This document shows positions 59,267 to 64,000 of a DNA stretch of 64,000 nt, in pieces; the stretch's first letter is position 1, and every line of letters begins with the position of its first letter. The position numbers and the translations under genes are program-made. Below the pieces are notes generated by a model. The model was not told the origin of the DNA. It saw only the letters and a program-made list of their open reading frames with translations, and did no database searches. Origin of the DNA: Nemertoderma westbladi (Eukaryota; Animalia; Xenacoelomorpha); contig JAUCBJ010006806.1 of assembly GCA_032718475.1 (NCBI GenBank), positions 1 through 64,000 of the forward strand, in the 5' to 3' direction.

Positions 59267-59788
59267 AGGTAGGTATTTATGACCTGTTAATTGGTGGTTT
59301 ATTAAAATTATAAAAAAAAAAAATTATTAATAATATCATTGCATATTATTATTAAAAGTATTAGAGTTCCAGGGTCATTAAAAATGTTGCTTTCCGTAGC
59401 GACCGTGGTGTTTGGTGGGATCCCCTCGCAGGGGTGGGATCCCCTCGCAGGTGTGGGATCCCCTCGCAGGTTGTATAATGTAAGTTCGTATCCGCAGCGC
59501 GGTTGCATAGTTTGCATATGCAGGTATCAGTCGGTCGCCAGCATTTTGGCGTATCGCAGAGTCATTGGTCTTCCAGTAAAACGCGCGGGTCCGTCTCACA
59601 TGATCCAAGACATCTGGCGGGATTGTTATATTAAACTATAACTACGGAGCCCCTAAGAGAACATGAAATCCTCGTTTTTTTACTTAGTATATAACCCAAA
59701 GTAATGGCCATTTAAAAAAAAGTAGTTAGATGGGGATACTCCCCCCCCCCCCCCCCCCCCCCCCTAATGGAACTTTGATTTCTGTTAA

Positions 59789-59968
<180 letters not shown>

Positions 59969-59990
59969 TAACCCACCCCGGTTTGTAGTC

Positions 59991-60330
59991 TAGTGTTTAA
60001 ACGGGATACCGTTCCCGAGAAACCGGGATCCGGATCCCGTGAAACCGGGATCCCGACGAAAAATGCAATCCCGATCAATTATGATCGACTAATTTTTATG
60101 TCAATAAAGAATCCAGTAATCAATTGCAGAATAATTTTAATATAACTTTATCTTACTAATATTTCAGTGTAAGATAAAGTGATTGTTATCAAAAACCCGC
60201 CACATATACTATGAACTTTAAGGAATTTGATCCAAAATTGCAATCCCGATCCCGAAAATCGGGATCCCGAGAGGATAATCCAGGTCCTGATCCCGGAAAC
60301 CTAGAAAAGTCTGATCCCATTTAAACACTA
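59991..60330. mobile_element. MITE (hAT-like ends) 28 bp downstream of the exon 10 donor
   Basis: TIR tagtgtttaaa(c/t)gggat; multiple gggatccc subterminal motifs; TSD not clean. Confidence 0.7.
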
Positions 60331-60598
60331 GTTTGAACTTTTGGTATCGTGAATCAAATATAAAAATTATCAAAGCTTGAAAATGAGGAGTTCGAAGAGC
60401 TTTTTGGGTCAACGAAAATGGGGCGTGGCACACCAAAATTTATACCTTTGTTTTTACTAAAATTATCCCAAATGTTTTCTCCCGCGTTGAAGGTTTTCTT
60501 TTTTTCGAAATAGAAACTAATAAAAGCGGAACATATCGGAACTATAATGTTTCAGCGATGTTGCAGATGTCATAAATAATTTATAAATGTTATATTTT

Positions 60599-62025
60599 GG
60601 GTGCCGACAAAATATAACATGGTGTTGGGTGCCGACAAAATATAACATGGTGTTGTGTGCCGACAAAATATAACATGGTGTTGGGTGCCGACAAAATATA
60701 ACATGGTGTTGGGTGCCGACAAAATATAACATGGTGTTGGGTGCCGACAAAATATAACATGGTGTTGGGTGCCGACAAAATATAACATGGTGTTGGGTGC
60801 CGACAAAATATAACATGGTGTTGGGTGCCGACAAAATATAACATGGTGTTGTGTGCCGACAAAATATAACATGGTGTTGGGTGCCGACAAAATATAACAT
60901 GGTGTTGGGTGCCGACAAAATATAACATGGTGTTGGGTGCCGACAAAATATAACATGGTGTTGGGTGCCGACAAAATATAACATGGTGTTGTGTGCCGAC
61001 AAAATATAACATGGTGTTGGGTGCCGACAAAATATAACATGGTGTTGGGTGCCGACAAAATATAACATGGTGTTGGGTGCCGACAAAATATAACATGGTG
61101 TTGGGTGCCGACAAAATATAACATGGTGTTGTGTGCCGACAAAATATAACATGGTGTTGGGTGCCGACAAAATATAACATGGTGTTGGGTGCCGACAAAA
61201 TATAACATGGTGTTGGGTGCCGACAAAATATAACATGGTGTTGGGTGCCGACAAAATATAACATGGTGTTGGGTGCCGACAAAATATAACATGGTGTTGG
61301 GTGCCGACAAAATATAACATGGTGTTGTGTGCCGACAAAATATAACATGGTGTTGGGTGCCGACAAAATATAACATGGTGTTGTGTGCCGACAAAATATA
61401 ACATGGTGTGGGGTGCCGACAAAATATAACATGGTGTTGGGTGCCGACAAAATATAACATGGTGTTGGGTGCCGACAAAATATAACATGGTGTTGGGTGC
61501 CGACAAAAAATAACATGTTGTTGGGTGCCGACAAATTATAACATGGTGTTGGGTGCCGACAAAATATAACATGGTGTTGGGAGCCGACAAAATATAACAT
61601 GGTGTTGGGTGCCGACAAAAAATAACATGGTGTTGGGTGCCGACAAATTATAACATGGTGTTGGGTGCCGACAAAATATAACATGGTGTTGGGTGCCGAC
61701 AAAATATAACATGGTGTTGGGTGCCGACAAAATATAACATGGTGTTGGGTGCCGACATAATATAACATGGTGTTGGGTGCCGACAAAATATAACATGGTG
61801 TTGGGAGCCGACAAAATATAACATGGTGTTGGGTGCCGACAAAAAATAACATGGTGTTGGGTGCCGACAAATTATAACATGGTGTTGGGTGCCGACAAAA
61901 TATAACATGGTGTTGTGTGCCGACAAAATATAACATGGTGTTGGGTGCCGACAAATTATAACATGGTGTTGGGTGCCGACAAAATATAACATGGTGTTGG
62001 GTGCCGACAAAATATAACATGGTGT
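60599..62025. repeat. 28-bp tandem array (~51 units)
   Basis: Unit gggtgccgacaaaatataacatggtgtt, highly homogeneous. Confidence 0.97.
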
Positions 62026-63008
62026 CTCCAAAAAATGACACACCATATCAGGTTCATATTTTGGAAGCACTTCCATTCTATTCAGATCTCCTGAAAAGAT
62101 ATTAAAATGTTAAAGTTTTTTTAAAAATGAGAATTTTGTTACATTGTCAATCAGCGTTTTTGTTATATAGGCAATTTGCAGCGTTGCGTGCGGCCTACAG
62201 AACGCTGTAATAATCACTAACTTTGTATCAATAAACTTCTAATAAACATTCCTTGAGTATTTTCTATATGGTCACTGTCACTTTAAACCGGCAAAAGTTA
62301 AGCAAAAACTTACGTGTTCATATCTTTTGATTGCGTGAACAAAATACGACAATTTTGGGCTCGTTTTGTAGCTCTTGATAAACCCCGCAACATAATATAT
62401 TTATAACAAATTCAGTAATTCATCGTATTTTCAATTGTATTTTTGCTGCTTATGTAGATCCAGTGTAGATCTTGGGACCAACTTTAGACGTATAGGTTTT
62501 TGGTACGCAGCTCCATAGATACCCATGGCAGATATGTTTTAGTTTATATGTTTTGAAGAGACAATAAGTGAGACAATATGAAAATTAGGTTCGTCATAAA
62601 CACGACTTAAATACATATTTATTTCGTCACCTGAAACATGGGGTTTTCAAAAAATAATACCGAACTTTGAAGGTTCACTGTTACTGGTAAATTAGGTCTA
62701 GTGGCTCAATTTCGAGATAATTTTATCTGCTTTCTATATATCCAATTGATGTGACCATATCATCTCCTACGACGAAGCTATTGCCAAGAATGTTACACTA
62801 ACTCCGGAAAAACATAAAAATGTAGATCGTTGACTCAATTTTCGAGGTGCTATAAAATTTCTATCATTTACTTGTTTATATTGCGTCACCACTATTTTAT
62901 ATACTTCCAAGGTACTCAACCATGAAATATATCGCATTACATAAAAATCTACGGTTTGTTCCATGTCGAGCCTAAATTCAGTCGACTTTGGATAAGCTTG
63001 TAGACCGC

Positions 63009-63771
63009 TACTACTACTAGGATCGGTATGCTGCATTGCAGCTGCATTTTTTTTAAGAATGCTGTGCCGGTTTATCGACAAAATTGCACCGCCACAACTC
63101 CCTATCACCCATGACATTTGCTAGATCATCCGCATCTTCAAGGCCAGTGTCCTTTAAGATGCGTCTCAAGAAAGTCATGGGCTGTCCACCATGCTTATTC
63201 ACTCCATGAGGCTGCCAAAGTACAAGATTATGCACTGGCTGGTCCTCACGGCGAAAGCAATGTCCTGCAAAGCGGAGGCGTTTGTTCTAGTGTCAAGCTT
63301 GGGGGAACCAATGAGACACCTCCAATGTTATATAGTGTCTGGTTGGAGATGTGTGCATTGTACTTGACACAATGAACCCGGCGTAGCATTCTTGTGAATG
63401 TGCCATCCAGAGATTTGGTGTCCTCAGCAGTTAGAGCCCAACATGGACTCCCATAGAGGAGTACTGGAACTACTGCTGCTCTAAATAATCGGATCTTAAG
63501 TTTCCGATTAATTCTCGGTGACTTCCAAATCCTGGAAAGCCTATTCAAGGCTGCCCATGCCTTTCCCTTACGTATTCGAAGGTCCTCACCTGACTTCCGG
63601 ATCCATGATCCCAGGTAACAGAAGTCATTCACATGCTCAAGCATACCATATTTTGAGCTTATGCTCATCCGATCAGAGACTTGCTGAGGACTTTCAAAGT
63701 TAACTGTCAAAATTTTGGTCTTTCTGAAGTTAATAAAAAGACCAACACTAGAAGCAGCATGTTCTAATGAG
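63009..63771 (-). mobile_element. Second 5'-truncated copy of the same RTE-clade LINE
   Basis: Closely similar to 18570-19332; (AGT)n tail; approximate TSD gtagaccgc / gtagatcgc; frameshift near 63280. Confidence 0.92.
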
Positions 63772-64000
63772 TAGATCGCGGAAAATGTCGACTTTGTAAA
63801 ACTCATAGCAACATCGCCCAAGATCTACAAAATTTATATCCAAAGTCAACAATTCAGTTCTTGTTTAGAATATAGAATACGTTCTATTCAAAGTCTACGA
63901 CTTATACTTTATATAAAACATTGTACTCAACCGATCACTTTTAAGCTCTACAAAATGTTTGCAAGTTTTTGGAGGTAATTTCAAATGTTGTTTAATGTGC

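Noticed and set aside
60517-62076. Long minus-strand ORFs (302-483 aa)
   Set aside because: Translations of the stop-free strand of a 28-bp repeat, cycling through all three frames.

Overview
Eukaryotic genomic window, probably from an aquatic invertebrate animal. The host gene is a + strand kinesin-13 (KIF2A/KIF2C/Klp10A family): 10 coding exons from ATG 9081 to 59962 (about 512 codons, all intron phases consistent), continuing past the window end. Upstream (1-~7800) is a rearranged minus-strand Bel/Pao LTR retrotransposon with two different Gag capsid domains. The introns hold a complete GalEa-type Ty1/Copia element with identical LTRs, RTE-type LINE fragments, nested hAT-, piggyBac-, Mutator- and Sola-like non-autonomous DNA elements, and a Penelope-like remnant with a minimal hammerhead ribozyme motif. 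The most striking feature is two unrelated giant tandem arrays (46 bp x ~400 and 39-40 bp x ~230). Each unit is the last 35-41 nt of a kinesin coding exon plus the first 5 nt of the intron (GTRAG), so each real splice donor is followed by hundreds of head-to-tail exon-end/donor copies. All coordinates and copy numbers were read by eye.
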